Shown here: in pieces, positions 45,568-57,533 of the stretch
Layout of the letters: every line of letters starts with the position of its first letter
Numbering within the stretch: the first letter of the stretch is position 1
Virus record (IMG/VR): IMGVR_UViG_3300030090_007212
Location: 1 to 64,000 of that record
From: a virus
Direction: 5' to 3' (one strand)
DNA: 64,000 nt
The notes under the pieces: model-generated
Database searches by the model: none
What the model was told of the DNA's origin: nothing
Seen by the model: the letters and a program-made list of their open reading frames with translations, nothing else
Program-made: the position numbers and the translations under genes

Positions 45568-48480
45568 TTAGTAACTTTCCCCAATATTTGTCGCTATTTC
45601 TACTTTTACAACATCACTATAAGCATAACTATAAATTATTTCTCCCATTATTGGTTTATAAAATTTTTCATTTTTTATTCTATAAAGAAAAATGTCTCCT
45701 GCTTGAGCATTTTCTAAATATGTTTCTAGACTATAACTTTTATTCCCTATCACATAAGGTGTAGTAAAACTATAGACTATATTTTCAAAATCAGGATCAT
45801 CTTCTGTAGTAAATTCTACAACGAATCTTCCTTCATCATTTATTGGTTCAGATAATATCCTCCACGCAATAGTTGGTCTATTAGTGTAGATATATCCGAT
45901 TACTGAAGCACTAGGTGTATAAAATGCTTCTAAAATATCCCCTATTTGTAAATCCCCCTCTATAATTAAACGAGATGCGTCACTAGTAGACCTATAATAC
46001 TCAATATTTTCCGCTAATACATTACCATTAAGTGATAATAACACGTCACTGGCAGGTGCATTCTCTAACCAATATTCATACTTACTATGTGTAGTATTAT
46101 AAAAAACTCTATTAGTAAAAGGATCATTATTTGTACCACCACTAATAATTGGGTCAGTTATGGTATAAATATCCCCATAAAGGTCACCCTCTTGTCCATC
46201 TCTAACATATGCATATGTTAACATTTGATCTGCTAAAATTGGCTCAATTAATAATTTTATTCCCCTCGTTAACCCACTAGTGGTTGCACTATATTCAATA
46301 TTTTTAGCTAATACATTACCATTATAACTTACAATAGGGTCAGACAATCCTTGAATAGGGTAATCTGTTTGCCCTTCATTAGTATAAACTGAATTAACAA
46401 TTAAATTGTTAATACTTACTGGAACCGGAACCGTCGTATTTTCAAAAAATGGTACATCTGCTTCATATAAGTTGATAAAGTACCAATCCGTTTCTGGTGA
46501 ATATAAACCATATTCTGTCCCTCTTTTATAGGTATCTATACTATATTTTCTCACCCCTAATTGTTTGGAAATTAATGTATTTATATTGTAACCCCAATAA
46601 CCTTTAATAATAAACTCACCTTCACCTATATAAACTAAAGGAATAGTTGCTAAATTAGTAGTATCCGCACTTAATACATTATAATCAAATGCGAAATTAA
46701 ATATGGATGAATTGGTGAATTCTTTTTGGGTTTGATCATACTTATAAACTTCCGCACTAAAACCTAATTTTTTCGCATCTATAATATCATTAACATTATT
46801 AACTACTACATCAAAATTAAATGCCACTCTACCTCGCGGGTTAATATAAACATATCTATCACAAGACAATGCTTTAGTAGTAATAACATTAGGTAACCCC
46901 CACATAGAAGTTACACCTGTAATAGTAGAAGAGGTTAAAGAAAAATCATCTATATGTAAATTACACTGAACCCCTAACCCATTAGGTCGATGTATTACAT
47001 GTAAAGAAGTATTATTTAATTCTGCAATATATATTTTTTCATCCGGACCCATTTGTAATGCACCTAAACTCGCACCTGTAATAGAAGGTAATTCTATCAT
47101 ATTATCCCTTATTTCTTCCACCGTACTATAAGAAAGATCAAACTGATATAATTTTTCACCAGCACCATCAGAAATATAAAATTTAGAAGAATCAGATGAA
47201 AACTCCAACCCATAAGGTCCGACATCATAGGTAATACCAGTAAGTGTCATCACATTACTTACTCTTCCAGTCTCGTCATTAAAATCCCCAATATCTATTA
47301 TATCTTCATCATATAAAGCACTAATAATTTTTTCTCCGTTAGGAGAAGTTTTCATATACCCCCTAGCTGTATTATGTGTGGAACCCGTATCTGAAATAAT
47401 CGGTCCACTTAATCCCACAGAGTTTAATTTATAACTATAATATCTACTATCTCCACTCGTATGTGTTACAACCCAATACGCATCTTCGCTACCATGATTA
47501 CAACCAGTTACTTTTTCACTAACCGCACTATTAATTAACTTAATGTTTTTAGTTTCTACTTCTCCATTACCATCATCTAACTCCATATTAACTATAGAAT
47601 ATTCAAACCCATTAGGGGAACCGTTGAAATCGGTAGTAAATACATAATATTTGTTACTATCAGGTTGAGGTACGATTAATGCTGATTGTGTGGACGTTCC
47701 AGAACTACTTAAACCTGTTCCGTTAATCATTACTGTATGTCCGCTGGTATAAATTGTTTCACCATTAGTGTAAAATAATAACTCTCCTTCACTATTACTA
47801 ATAGTTGCACACCCTTCTTGTGTTTGCATTGCCCCACTAAAAATAGTTGGTGTAGCGCCTGTTTTTATAGGATTAAAGTTAATTCCCGCATTATTACCAA
47901 ACATCCAATTATAGTTCAATCTATCGTAAGTGTATCCTGTATAAGTAACCGGACCACATAAAGTGTCTGCAGTAGTAGCTGGTATCTTACGTGTACCCCT
48001 AACGGAAAATTGAGGGAAATCAAATCCATCTATATCTGACCTTTCAATGTAAGGATATAATTCCTGATTACTTACAGGTACATTACCAAAATTCCTTTTT
48101 TCACTTCTTTCTCCAGGTGCTTCAGACATTTTACCATTAGTAATATATTTCATCTTTGTGAAAGGTAAGATAGGAATAGGTAATGAAGGTTCACTTCTTT
48201 CTCCTTCCATAAAAATAGTGACGGTAGGAGTGGTTTGTACTGTTTTAAAAATACTATTTCCCCATGTTACTGGTGCAGTCATTTGATAAATTGTAGGAAC
48301 ATTCGAAAGATTAGTAGGTAAAAATTTATTACCCCCCACATCCATATAAGTAGTTAATGAAGATGCCTCATAACTAGCCAATATACTACTACTATCGGGG
48401 TTATTAATTAACCCAACTATAGGAGTAGAGTATACTGCCTCTACACTTACATTTTCTATTTTCCCACTACTTTTCTTCAT
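45568..48480 (-). CDS. virion structural protein with internal beta-propeller
   Basis: NWMFGNNAGINF, EGCATIS, STQSALIVP, MKTSPNG, LEFSSD, LQMGPDEKIY. Confidence 0.65.
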   Translation of the reverse strand: MKKSSGKIENVSVEAVYSTPIVGLINNPDSSSILASYEASSLTTYMDVGGNKFLPTNLSNVPTIYQMTAPVTWGNSIFKTVQTTPTVTIFMEGERSEPSLPIPILPFTKMKYITNGKMSEAPGERSEKRNFGNVPVSNQELYPYIERSDIDGFDFPQFSVRGTRKIPATTADTLCGPVTYTGYTYDRLNYNWMFGNNAGINFNPIKTGATPTIFSGAMQTQEGCATISNSEGELLFYTNGETIYTSGHTVMINGTGLSSSGTSTQSALIVPQPDSNKYYVFTTDFNGSPNGFEYSIVNMELDDGNGEVETKNIKLINSAVSEKVTGCNHGSEDAYWVVTHTSGDSRYYSYKLNSVGLSGPIISDTGSTHNTARGYMKTSPNGEKIISALYDEDIIDIGDFNDETGRVSNVMTLTGITYDVGPYGLEFSSDSSKFYISDGAGEKLYQFDLSYSTVEEIRDNMIELPSITGASLGALQMGPDEKIYIAELNNTSLHVIHRPNGLGVQCNLHIDDFSLTSSTITGVTSMWGLPNVITTKALSCDRYVYINPRGRVAFNFDVVVNNVNDIIDAKKLGFSAEVYKYDQTQKEFTNSSIFNFAFDYNVLSADTTNLATIPLVYIGEGEFIIKGYWGYNINTLISKQLGVRKYSIDTYKRGTEYGLYSPETDWYFINLYEADVPFFENTTVPVPVSINNLIVNSVYTNEGQTDYPIQGLSDPIVSYNGNVLAKNIEYSATTSGLTRGIKLLIEPILADQMLTYAYVRDGQEGDLYGDIYTITDPIISGGTNNDPFTNRVFYNTTHSKYEYWLENAPASDVLLSLNGNVLAENIEYYRSTSDASRLIIEGDLQIGDILEAFYTPSASVIGYIYTNRPTIAWRILSEPINDEGRFVVEFTTEDDPDFENIVYSFTTPYVIGNKSYSLETYLENAQAGDIFLYRIKNEKFYKPIMGEIIYSYAYSDVVKVEIATNIGESY

Positions 48481-48494
48481 TATCTATAAATATT

Positions 48495-51400
48495 TTAAAC
48501 ATTACAATCATGTATTAATTCACTATTATAAAAATACCCTCCTGGTTCCCATTCTGGATCCCCAATAACTGTAACACTTCCCTCAAACTCATTACTATTA
48601 TTAATATGAGTTATGAAAACAGTATCATAATTACTATATTGAGTACGTGATTTTCTTTTACATTTCTCGTAACTATCTTTTAATCCAGCAATATAATTTC
48701 TTTGTCTTTCATATTCTAATGTACCTCTAACATATTGATCATCTAAATCTTTTTCTGCTTTAGTTAAGGTATCCCCTATTTGTGTACACTTAGTAAAAAG
48801 TCCATCAAAAGTTTCTTCTTGTTCTTTAGATGCTGCTTGAAGTTCATTTAATTCACTATTTAGTTTATTATATTCTTCTTTCATCGCTTCTAAAGATTCA
48901 ATTTGTTGTTTTAGTTGTTCACTAACAGATTCTATACACTCTTCTCTAGCACCAAAATCTTGTGGGTCATTAGGATCAGGATCTAAATGCTCACAAGCAC
49001 ATAATCTATCTTTTAAAACATCAATTAATTTTTCTACTTGATATATCTCATTCTGTAATTTAGTTAATTCTTTAATAATATCTTTAATTGTCGCATTTTC
49101 AGGATATAAAGATTGTTGTATGACTTGGACATCTACTGTTTCTGAACCGATATCACTACTTGTTATTCCTGATAATGGACATTCTACACTATCATTGAAA
49201 TTTAATGTGTATTTACGATAAGCGTATTTGTTTTGATCGAATATAGTATTTCTATAAATCTTACCTGAATTATCACACCCTTCCCATATAGTAGTTGCCG
49301 GAACTACCTGTTCTAATAAATCTAACCAATAATCCCCTATTTTATCCATAAATTGGAATAGGCTATTATACGTTAAATTTCCACCTAAACCTACTCCACA
49401 ATTACTTGCATTTAAATATAATTGATAGAATAATTGTAATAGTGGGTAATTGGATATAACTTGACGACTTTTAGCATCTATGAGATTACTTAACACCATA
49501 TCATCAAATACCTCTTTTACTTTTATTTCTGAAGGGGCTACCTCTAAATAATCTAGAGGGTTTATACATACATTAGTAGTTCCTGTTACGACACATATAT
49601 CCTCACATATGGTAGTGGTTCCGGTTACTGTAACCGTACTACTAGTGGTGGTTGCAGTAATATCATAACTTAATCCTGATGTAGTAATTTTTACACATGT
49701 AGGGCTTCCATAACAAGTACCATTAGTAAAGGTATATCCTGCAGGACAACTATACCCTATTGGGCTACCACCACTAGTACCGAATTCAAATAAATAAGTT
49801 GCCCCTACCACATCACTTCTATAATCTTTAGTAGAGAATAAAGTAACTGCATCTAATTCTACTGTTGTAGTCATTCCGGTTAATTGATTAGTAGTGGCGG
49901 AGTATATTTCCGCACCAAATCCTGCTTCATCTCCATCATTTCTACCTTCCATTGCGATAACATGTTCACCAGACGGTAAGTCTATTTCAAATACTTTCCA
50001 TACACTTAAATCAGAATTATCGTTACCACTTAACCCTGTAGAGGTAAATAATAAATCCCCATTTAGGTAAAATCTACTTCTATTATCTGCACCTATACCA
50101 ATAGTATATGTCCCTGGATCATTTATTTGTATACAATAACTAAATCCTATCCAACTACCAATAGGTGGGTTAGGATTAGGTGCGCCTAATGTTCCCCATA
50201 TACTACAATTATTTAATCTTCCATTAAGTGTTGATGATTGAGATACCCATAAAGTATTAAGTGGAGAGTTAACAGAGTTAACATTCGCCTCTACAGGCAC
50301 TGGTACCCCACTATTATTTAATAATTGAGTACTACTACCTTGTAAATTATAGGGTAAATCTGCAGTGTTTAAATCTAATGAGTACCATCTTGTACCATTA
50401 ACTGAATAACCAACTTGTTTACTACCCGTATATGCAGTTACATTAGTTACATTTAAAGTTGCACCTGTAGTCTCAATTAATTCACACCCATCTTCTGCAG
50501 GGGTGAGAGATAATGGTGCCACACAATATCCTGCAGTGTATCCTGTACTCGTTCCTGTTACTACTACATTAAACTGAGTAGTGGCAGTATAACATTCACC
50601 CCCAGGAATTGTTTGTTGTAAATTCTTAACTCCACTATATTCACAATCACCTTCACAATTATTTATTTCCATCCAAGTACACGCACTTACAGAGTTATTC
50701 CAAACATATTCTTTATTAACCCCTAAACCATTAATACCATTTGCAGTAATTAGATTATTAAGTGTTTGACAACACTCACTATCAAAAGAAGTAGTTTGGT
50801 TAAAGGTTTGTGCGGTTATACCACTAAAAATTTCTTCATTTACCCCACCAGTATAAGGTGTAGTTGTGTCATATAAATAAGTTTCCCAAAAAGAAATTGT
50901 TCCATCTTCATTTTCAGTAATAACCCCAAATAAGTTATCTAATTGGTTATTATCCCCAATGATTAGGTTACTTGACCCACAATTATTTTCTTCAATTTCA
51001 AATCCTGAAAGTGATCCACCTTTATTAAGTAAATCACTATAAGATGCATTAATAGATTCACTATAATTTGCAGTTAAAGAATAATAATCATTTTTGAGTT
51101 CAGTAACTTGTTGTTGTAGAATAGTAGTATAAGTGTCACAACTAAAAGTTAATCCTGCCGGTGTAGTGCCTGACAATGGTAACGAATAATCCACCAATGT
51201 ACCACCACTTAATAATTCACCTTCAAAGACTATCGTATCACCACTATCACAACTAGTTGGGCATTCATCACAATTAATATTTTTCCAAAAATTATAGACA
51301 TCACATTCTATAGCATTTGCTGGATCGATACTAAATGTTGCAGATTTAGTATTCATTAATAAATCTGAATGATGTAAATCATACTCAGTATATCTATATT

Positions 51401-54400
51401 CTAATTCTTGCCATAATCTATTTTGTGGAGTAACTAATTTAGTAATATCATAGTTATTTGTGGATCCACTATTACATTCCCCATCAGGATAAATAGTAAC
51501 TTCTTCTAACCCTTCGGTTGTATAAACCCAAGATTTTCTATTATCTATTACACAACTTAATTCAGGTATTAAACAATTATTTAATGATAAGTTTCGTTGG
51601 GTATCACAATCGCTTATATCTACTCGTATGTTATCTACTAATAAACATACTGCACATTCATAATTTTCTATTTCTATACCAATTTTAAATCTTTTATCTG
51701 GGTATAATGTCCTTAAATCTTTACACACACAATCAGGTAAATTAAAAGTAAGAGTTGACCAATTAGGGGTAAATAACTCTGTAGAAGGATTATCTCCTTG
51801 TGCAATTATTGAATCTAAAATTCCTTGTTCAACTAATGAGATATCATATTGAGTCCCATCAAAGTAAACACCACTATAAGTTGCGGTTGGATCCCACTCC
51901 CATATAGGGTTTACTACATTGGTATATGGTAAATTAGTTAAACCATTATTATCTACAAATAATTTAAATTTTAATTTAATATCGTCAATATAACTTATAT
52001 AATTTCCTCCTGAACTTATATTAATACTTTGTAAATTACTCTGTATAGAGTTATACCAAGTATCATAACAATTTTGTGCTAAAGTAGTAAGTGCTGCAAT
52101 ATTAGCATTAATACCATTTATTGAGGTATTTACACTATTTAAAGTGGTTAAACAACATTTTTTATTGGTTTGTTGTCTAGTTTCATATTCTTCTTTTCTA
52201 CCAGTATAAACATCTAAATCATTCTCCGCTTCATTAACCTTTTCACTAGTTTGTTTTGCAATTTCTTCTTTTTGGGTTGTTTTTTCATTAAGTTGTGCAA
52301 CTAATTCTTCTTTCTTTCTATTTAATTGGTTGATTTTAGCATCATTTTGTTTATTCTGTATTTCTAAAGATATTTTATCTTGGTCGGTTAATTCTAATCG
52401 CCCACTATCATCCGTAACTTCATTAGGGGTTTTACCTAATAAAGCCGCAGTAGTATCTATAGTATTAACCACATCATTTTTCTGAACCGCAGAACCCTGT
52501 AACTCCTCATTATTAGTTACCACCCCATTAGGTCCATCAGTTAAATTATTTATTTGTTTTTGAGTATTTTGTATTTCTTTTTCGTATAAATCAATTTTAA
52601 CTTGATTATTTTGGTTTTTTGCCTCAATTAATTTTTCATTAAACTCATTATTTTCTCTACATTTATTTAATAGTAAAGAATAAGTTTTTTTATCTTCTTC
52701 AATAGAAGCAGTTTTTTGTTTTACACAATCATTATAGGCAGTATTAAATTCTTCTACCCCACTTTGTCTACGTTGATTAGTTTGTGTTTTACAAAAAGAA
52801 TCAACATCAAAATTGTTTAATTGTTTAAGTGTTTCCTCATAAACACTACAATCAGTAGTTGGAGAGGTTTCAGTTAAAGATTGTTTAATTGCAGAATTAT
52901 CATTTTCTTTAGTTTGTATTTGAGTATCTAAATCATCCACTTTACGATTTAAATCTTCTATCTCTCTATCTATAGTTTCTTCTTCTTTTCTACCCTCTTC
53001 TTTAATAGTTTCTTTATTAGTTTCAGTTTCCACTATTAATTCATCCGTTCCTCTTACTAATCCACCATATCCTTCAGATTGATTTACACAATTTTCTAAT
53101 TCTAATTTAATATGATTAAATTGGTTAAGTAAATTTTGATAATTATAAATTAAATTAGAATATATACCACAATCTACAGATAAAGGTAATGCACACACAT
53201 TCTGAGTAGTTATATAATCACTAGGATCAATAAGTTGACCATTATCATCTACACAACAGTTGATATTAGGGGGCATTGAATATTGAATACATTCTGCTGC
53301 GAATATTGCATTTAACCCTCCCTGAAATTTACTATATTGTTGTTGGTAAAGTTGCATTTCCGGAGTAAACATATTAATGAATTGAGGTGTATTACCATTT
53401 ACTAAATTCATATAATCAATATCCGTTTGGTTTGCCCAGCTATCATTAATTTCATCCCAAAAATCTCCATTTGTTGGGACAATCGTACCTCCCGCAGCAT
53501 TACAACATTCTACATTAGGTTCTTGTTGAGCAACATCACTCTGCCATACTTGTAATTCTTCTGTTCTGTTAGGTTTATCACCATAATTTTGTTCCAGTAA
53601 AGAACTTTCTGTTTGACTATTAGTAAATGTTAGGAAATTTTTACACCAAATACACTCTAAAGTAGCATCATTTATTATTGCTGCTTCACATCCTATATTT
53701 TGGGACGCACATTGTATTAAATTAGCTGCATTATATTTTAACATATAATCAAAAGTAATATCTACCGAACATTCACATTCACTATCGTTAGGTAATTGGA
53801 AACCTAAATCATTTTCACTACCAAATAATACAGTCACATTACTTACTTCTTCACAATTTATCCTATTAGGAACTACTACTGCAGTGGTGGTGGCGTTATT
53901 ATTAGGGTTATAAGGTAAACTACCTTCATTGGCACCTGGTTGGATTCTTACTAATTGACTATTATTAGTATCCACCTTAAATGTATCGTACTCATATCCT
54001 TTTTGTTGCCCTATTAAATTATACAACTCTCCACCTGATTCTTTAGGTGTGTTCCAATCTATAATAATTTTATCTCCTTTATTGTCGGTAGTAGAAAAAG
54101 CAACTCTTCCATAATTATCGATTCTTTCATCTTCCCATTTAGTTGGGTCATTAACATCTGGATCTTCAAATACAGAATAAAACTCTGAATTAACTGTCTT
54201 AGGATTTGCCTTACTATTAGGTTTTACTATACCAGCTCTTTTTACTGCATCTCCTGAAGTAGATATTTTTGCCACTTCCTGAATAGGTGCATTACGATTA
54301 CTATAAGGTATATATTTATCATACCCTTCTTCTAATGAAGGTTTAATTCCTAGTTCTTCACGTAATTGTTCGTTATTCTTTTGATTTTCTAAATTAATAA

Positions 54401-57400
54401 TTTCTTCCTTCTTCTGTAGAATTTCTAATTGTGCTTTTTGATTTTCTTTAGAAGTTAAATCATTATTTTTAGTAGTCTCCTCTAATTCATATAATTCAGT
54501 TTGTTGTGCGGCGATAGCTTCTTCCATTTCTTCTACCCTACTTGGTAACTCTATCAATGATCCACCATCAATTTGTGAATCTACACATACCACATAACTA
54601 ATTTTTTCACCAGTTGCAGTAATTTCCTGCACAATTTTACTTTCATACCCATGCCATGCACAACATTCGGGTCTACTCACTGTAGTAGTATTTTTACAAG
54701 TAGTTCTAGTAAAACATTTAAAAAATTGTTCACTTCCATTATTTTGTTGTGCCCATTCTGCTACTGCCTGTGGATTTGTGTTAACATCTGCACCCACAAC
54801 TCTACTACAATATTCATTATCTTGATATTGGTAACAGCTTCCTCCATCATCACATACTTGATAACAACTATCTTCTACTAAGAATATATTATTAGGCATA
54901 TTATTACCCACCATTTCAAATACTACTGTACCATCTCTTTTAATTTCTATTGGATTACCATCACATGGTGCTTGAACCGCACAATATTCTATAATTTCCC
55001 CTCCTTCATTATAACTAATATATTTACCTTGTTGTCCATCTATTTCTTGAGATTCACAACAACATGCATATCTATCACCACTTAATTTTATCCCTGTCGC
55101 TTCATCAAATAATACTAAAAACCCTTCTTCATAATCTACTCTTATACCATCACAACAATTAATAGGGTCTTCGATTTCATCATCCTCATTACTTATATCT
55201 TCTACTATACAAATTTCTAATGTTTGATTGATATCACAATTTTCCGTAGCAATTTCTCTATTATAGTTATTACTTGCTTGTATATAATTGTTTTTAACCT
55301 TAATAAATTCAGGAGAGTATTGTAAATAAGGTTGAACCTTAATCAATTCTAAAAATGCATTATATTCATCTTCCGCAATATCTCTAATTTCCTCTAATGT
55401 AGATTTACCATTATTTTGTACTGGGGTTTCTATAATATTATATGTTATATCTAAACAATCATCTATATTCTGATATTGATTAGTGTTAACGTTATAGGTA
55501 ACCTCTTCAGTAAAAATAGAAGCGTCATTGGCAACCCCATTAAAAATACCATAATTATAATTTATAAAATGATTTACTTTAGAAATTGTTTCAGTAATTG
55601 CAAAAGTAGTTTCCCCCGTAAAGTTAGGGATATAACATTGCATAAAATAATTCAAATATTCATTACCACCATCATATTTACCCACATGTGGATTATTACC
55701 TCTTAAATTAGTTACTCCCGCATTTGGACCAAAAGTTTCTTTATACCATCCTCCTGCTTTTTGGAAATACATTTCTGTATAAGGGTTTTCTACAATACCT
55801 GGCAATTGGTTTCCTGTCAATGTAGTACCTGTTTCTAATCCCGCAATAAAATCCACTATTACTAAATCACCATTAACTGGAGGTAAAGGAAAACCATCAT
55901 CATCATAAGGTATGTGAGTAGTATCTACTTTACCAGTATAAAGAAGAAGTAATTGTTTAATTTTATCCATATCTAATGGTTTATCAACAATTACAATATA
56001 TTCGTTGAAGTTAACTAATGCTTCAGGTGCACCTATAAACCTAAATAAAAATTCTACTGCTTTTCTACTACCTTTACTCTTCCATAACCACGCAATATTA
56101 AGGATTAATCTTCTATATAATTCCGTATCGACCTCACTATTTGACATTGATGCGGATGCACCACTAAAACTTCCTAACCCAGGAACCGGAACAACTGCCC
56201 CACCTAATGTGTTGGAGGTTACAAACGTTACGGGATCCAATCCTAACATACTAACTAAATCCTTAACTAAGGCATCTGGTACATTATTCTTTTTATCGTA
56301 AGTTACTACATGGGCAAATTTAATCCCATTTATATATTTTTTGATCTCATCAAAACTAACCCCATAAATTCTTAATAACTTAGTTGCTTTTTCACCATCT
56401 AACACTAAATTATTACCATCCCCTCTTGGTACTGTATCAAAACTACTTATGACTTCCGCAGTATATTTTCTAATAATTAAGTCAGTATTGTTTTCATCAT
56501 AATTTTCACCTACTTGTGAAAGAGTATCCAAATATGAAAGATAATAACTATCAAAGAAATTAAGGTTATAACCATCATCTAATATAGGAAAAGTTAATAC
56601 ATCCTTAGTTGTCACTATTACCCCTTCATCTGTAATTTTAGGGGATATTATAATACTAGTATAGATAGGGTAGGTATTTCTATCTAATAAATTCTGTTGT
56701 AAATCATTTAAAGAAGTAAAAAAACTTTCTATTTCTATCTCATTAGGTTTAATAAAAAATGGTATAGAACCTACAAATGGAGTTACTAATGGTGTAAATT
56801 GTGGTATAATAATTCCTGTTAACTCAGGAAAAGGATTTCCTTCTACTACTAAATCAATAGTTGAATTGGTAGTCTGAGTGGCAGGTGTTATATCTTTTAT
56901 TTTTTTAATTATACCATTATGTTCAATAACATAAGATTTATAATTAACTGTGAAATTACGTAAAGGATTTTCTTCTTCTTCCGTACCAGTAATTCCTTCA
57001 TCTAATGTATATTTTATTGAGTAGGGATTACTAAAATAACTTGTACTGATAGTAAATGTAGATTCATCATTAGTAATATCATACACATAGTTAGTTATAT
57101 TATTTCCTGTAATAGATCCTACTTTATTATCCACATAAATGGCGGCTGGCCAATTTTCTTGTATTTCTTCTAAGGAAGCCCTAATTAATTCAGACGCTGA
57201 CCCATACCATATATAACTTAATGGGTTAGTTAAATCTAAATTAAGACTTGTTTTTATATTTTTTTCTATAACTAACTCTTGATCATTAGAAACTACATCA
57301 TCTAATGTATAAAGAGGAGATTGTGTTCCTTGACGAAAAACAACATCAGGTTTAGGGTCTAAATTTGTATCAATAGAAAAATTACCGTTGGTAAATAAAG

Positions 57401-57533
57401 GCGTTCCTCCCTCACTAGTTAGTTGAAAACCTACTAAATCTGGACTAAAATCTCTATATTCAATATTATCATTGAAAAAGACTCTTTTAGCGTATCCCGC
57501 AATTTTAATTCTATCCTTTTTATTATTCGCCAT
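48495..57533 (-). CDS. giant (3012 aa) virion protein, baseplate wedge/tail-associated
   Basis: LWKSKGSRKAVEFLFRFIG resembles the gpI/gp7-type baseplate motif; Cys-rich modules, coiled coils and a PA14-like segment. Confidence 0.65.
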   Translation of the reverse strand: MANNKKDRIKIAGYAKRVFFNDNIEYRDFSPDLVGFQLTSEGGTPLFTNGNFSIDTNLDPKPDVVFRQGTQSPLYTLDDVVSNDQELVIEKNIKTSLNLDLTNPLSYIWYGSASELIRASLEEIQENWPAAIYVDNKVGSITGNNITNYVYDITNDESTFTISTSYFSNPYSIKYTLDEGITGTEEEENPLRNFTVNYKSYVIEHNGIIKKIKDITPATQTTNSTIDLVVEGNPFPELTGIIIPQFTPLVTPFVGSIPFFIKPNEIEIESFFTSLNDLQQNLLDRNTYPIYTSIIISPKITDEGVIVTTKDVLTFPILDDGYNLNFFDSYYLSYLDTLSQVGENYDENNTDLIIRKYTAEVISSFDTVPRGDGNNLVLDGEKATKLLRIYGVSFDEIKKYINGIKFAHVVTYDKKNNVPDALVKDLVSMLGLDPVTFVTSNTLGGAVVPVPGLGSFSGASASMSNSEVDTELYRRLILNIAWLWKSKGSRKAVEFLFRFIGAPEALVNFNEYIVIVDKPLDMDKIKQLLLLYTGKVDTTHIPYDDDGFPLPPVNGDLVIVDFIAGLETGTTLTGNQLPGIVENPYTEMYFQKAGGWYKETFGPNAGVTNLRGNNPHVGKYDGGNEYLNYFMQCYIPNFTGETTFAITETISKVNHFINYNYGIFNGVANDASIFTEEVTYNVNTNQYQNIDDCLDITYNIIETPVQNNGKSTLEEIRDIAEDEYNAFLELIKVQPYLQYSPEFIKVKNNYIQASNNYNREIATENCDINQTLEICIVEDISNEDDEIEDPINCCDGIRVDYEEGFLVLFDEATGIKLSGDRYACCCESQEIDGQQGKYISYNEGGEIIEYCAVQAPCDGNPIEIKRDGTVVFEMVGNNMPNNIFLVEDSCYQVCDDGGSCYQYQDNEYCSRVVGADVNTNPQAVAEWAQQNNGSEQFFKCFTRTTCKNTTTVSRPECCAWHGYESKIVQEITATGEKISYVVCVDSQIDGGSLIELPSRVEEMEEAIAAQQTELYELEETTKNNDLTSKENQKAQLEILQKKEEIINLENQKNNEQLREELGIKPSLEEGYDKYIPYSNRNAPIQEVAKISTSGDAVKRAGIVKPNSKANPKTVNSEFYSVFEDPDVNDPTKWEDERIDNYGRVAFSTTDNKGDKIIIDWNTPKESGGELYNLIGQQKGYEYDTFKVDTNNSQLVRIQPGANEGSLPYNPNNNATTTAVVVPNRINCEEVSNVTVLFGSENDLGFQLPNDSECECSVDITFDYMLKYNAANLIQCASQNIGCEAAIINDATLECIWCKNFLTFTNSQTESSLLEQNYGDKPNRTEELQVWQSDVAQQEPNVECCNAAGGTIVPTNGDFWDEINDSWANQTDIDYMNLVNGNTPQFINMFTPEMQLYQQQYSKFQGGLNAIFAAECIQYSMPPNINCCVDDNGQLIDPSDYITTQNVCALPLSVDCGIYSNLIYNYQNLLNQFNHIKLELENCVNQSEGYGGLVRGTDELIVETETNKETIKEEGRKEEETIDREIEDLNRKVDDLDTQIQTKENDNSAIKQSLTETSPTTDCSVYEETLKQLNNFDVDSFCKTQTNQRRQSGVEEFNTAYNDCVKQKTASIEEDKKTYSLLLNKCRENNEFNEKLIEAKNQNNQVKIDLYEKEIQNTQKQINNLTDGPNGVVTNNEELQGSAVQKNDVVNTIDTTAALLGKTPNEVTDDSGRLELTDQDKISLEIQNKQNDAKINQLNRKKEELVAQLNEKTTQKEEIAKQTSEKVNEAENDLDVYTGRKEEYETRQQTNKKCCLTTLNSVNTSINGINANIAALTTLAQNCYDTWYNSIQSNLQSINISSGGNYISYIDDIKLKFKLFVDNNGLTNLPYTNVVNPIWEWDPTATYSGVYFDGTQYDISLVEQGILDSIIAQGDNPSTELFTPNWSTLTFNLPDCVCKDLRTLYPDKRFKIGIEIENYECAVCLLVDNIRVDISDCDTQRNLSLNNCLIPELSCVIDNRKSWVYTTEGLEEVTIYPDGECNSGSTNNYDITKLVTPQNRLWQELEYRYTEYDLHHSDLLMNTKSATFSIDPANAIECDVYNFWKNINCDECPTSCDSGDTIVFEGELLSGGTLVDYSLPLSGTTPAGLTFSCDTYTTILQQQVTELKNDYYSLTANYSESINASYSDLLNKGGSLSGFEIEENNCGSSNLIIGDNNQLDNLFGVITENEDGTISFWETYLYDTTTPYTGGVNEEIFSGITAQTFNQTTSFDSECCQTLNNLITANGINGLGVNKEYVWNNSVSACTWMEINNCEGDCEYSGVKNLQQTIPGGECYTATTQFNVVVTGTSTGYTAGYCVAPLSLTPAEDGCELIETTGATLNVTNVTAYTGSKQVGYSVNGTRWYSLDLNTADLPYNLQGSSTQLLNNSGVPVPVEANVNSVNSPLNTLWVSQSSTLNGRLNNCSIWGTLGAPNPNPPIGSWIGFSYCIQINDPGTYTIGIGADNRSRFYLNGDLLFTSTGLSGNDNSDLSVWKVFEIDLPSGEHVIAMEGRNDGDEAGFGAEIYSATTNQLTGMTTTVELDAVTLFSTKDYRSDVVGATYLFEFGTSGGSPIGYSCPAGYTFTNGTCYGSPTCVKITTSGLSYDITATTTSSTVTVTGTTTICEDICVVTGTTNVCINPLDYLEVAPSEIKVKEVFDDMVLSNLIDAKSRQVISNYPLLQLFYQLYLNASNCGVGLGGNLTYNSLFQFMDKIGDYWLDLLEQVVPATTIWEGCDNSGKIYRNTIFDQNKYAYRKYTLNFNDSVECPLSGITSSDIGSETVDVQVIQQSLYPENATIKDIIKELTKLQNEIYQVEKLIDVLKDRLCACEHLDPDPNDPQDFGAREECIESVSEQLKQQIESLEAMKEEYNKLNSELNELQAASKEQEETFDGLFTKCTQIGDTLTKAEKDLDDQYVRGTLEYERQRNYIAGLKDSYEKCKRKSRTQYSNYDTVFITHINNSNEFEGSVTVIGDPEWEPGGYFYNSELIHDCNV

